Shown here piece after piece: positions 63,201-64,000 of a stretch of DNA of 64,000 nucleotides; the first letter of the stretch is position 1, and each line of letters opens with the position of its first letter. The position numbers and the translations under genes are program-made. Origin of the DNA: Pecten maximus (Eukaryota); the NCBI RefSeq assembly GCF_902652985.1, contig NC_047020.1, positions 9,610,001 through 9,674,000 on the forward strand. The letters are read 5' to 3'. A model generated the notes under the pieces. It was not told where the DNA came from and searched no databases. It saw only the letters and a list, made by a program, of their open reading frames with translations.

Positions 63201-63820
63201 ATAGATCACCTCTGACGGGTTAAAGAAAACCAATATTTAAATCACCTGTAATTAATAAATTGGGCGTTTCTTCGAGTGCTGTTTCAATGGAATGTCGTAA
63301 ATGATGCCACAAACCAGCGCCATTATAAGAGGGTGGTCTGTATACGTTACAGATTAGATACAAAGTATTACGTAATTTGATTTGAGACCATATCATTTCA
63401 TCATGACTAAATTCGAGATCAATTCTCCGTTTAGCTACAAGTGTTTCAGAAAAGTATAGGGCAACACCTCCCCCAAACATGTTACGATCTTTGCGAAAGG
63501 GTTCCGAAAAACCATCGATTTGTATTGCAGAGTTGGTGATAGAGTTGTCAAGATGGGTCTCAGTTATACATGCTATATCAATATCGTCTATCAAAGAGCT
63601 CAAATATTGAACCTTGTTACGCAAACTTCGAATGTTTAGATGGAGCAAACAAAGGACACTGGAAACCGAACTTTCAGAATTGGGTCCCGGGTTTGGGTGG
63701 ATATCCTCAGCTATTAATAAAAATTATCAAGGTTGCGTTAAATGGATGCTGGATGTAGTGGGACAACTGCAGTAATAAAATATAGATCCTATGAAGACAG
63801 TTGAGATTGAAGATAACTCT
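60287..63820 (-). mobile_element. Decayed 5'-truncated APE-type non-LTR retrotransposon (CR1/L2-like ORF2: endonuclease + RT + C-terminal Cys motif)
   Basis: Endonuclease motifs HLNIRSL, ITETHL, NVYRPP, GDLNI (63220-63648); RT motifs SPDGI, WKIAHVMPIFK, NYRPMSLLS, QSGF (61778-62491); IRPLLEYACEV; CQCGHPCEDSHHFF; AATAAA near the 3' end; many frameshifts; contains an N gap. Confidence 0.92.
60427..60558. other. Assembly gap (132 N)
   Basis: Run of N. Confidence 1.
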
Positions 63821-63973
63821 TGTGTATGGTCAATATTAATGGAGTCTGTTCTCACCTCACATCAGGATGGGTATGGTCAATAATAATGGAGTCTGTTTTC
63901 ACCTGACGTCAGGATGGGTATGGTCAATAATAATGGAGTCTGTTTTCACCTCACGTAAGGATGGGTATGGTCA
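63821..63973. repeat. 47-bp minisatellite, right part
   Basis: Same unit as 60142-60286. Confidence 0.85.
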
Positions 63974-64000
63974 GGGGGCCGCGGTGGCCGAGTGGTTAAG
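63974..64000 (+). mobile_element. 5' head of a third SINE copy (cut by the window edge)
   Basis: ggggccgcggtggccgagtggttaag matches the start of the 58182 SINE. Confidence 0.85.

Overview
AT-rich eukaryotic genomic DNA with GT-AG introns, most consistent with a bivalve mollusc (inferred from the HSPA12 tandem expansion and V-type SINEs; the species cannot be proven from this window). From left to right: the 3' end of an unidentified coding exon (1-618); two intronless, paralogous orphan class A GPCR genes (4989-6473 and 12469-14109), both with ERT in place of DRY and KPxxY in place of NPxxY; and a cluster of four HSPA12-type (atypical Hsp70) genes plus one orphan exon relic. Three HSPA12 genes lie on the minus strand and one lies head-to-head on the plus strand; all four share the same 4-exon core, and copy 1 has two +1 frameshifts. 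After the cluster sits a young Gypsy/Ty3 LTR retrotransposon (50429-56545, CATA target-site duplication). Its LTRs, primer-binding site (PBS) and polypurine tract (PPT) point one way, while the whole gag-pol block is inverted between 63-bp U5+PBS inverted repeats. Its pol begins with a MYND-type zinc finger reached through a GGGAAAC -1 slippery site. The window ends with a decayed APE-type LINE carrying a 2A-like DIHPNPGP motif, inserted into a minisatellite. Three V-type SINE copies, several MITE-like hairpin elements, a mariner relic and many minisatellites are scattered throughout. No rRNA, bona fide tRNA or CRISPR array was seen. All identifications come from motif recognition by eye, not database searches.
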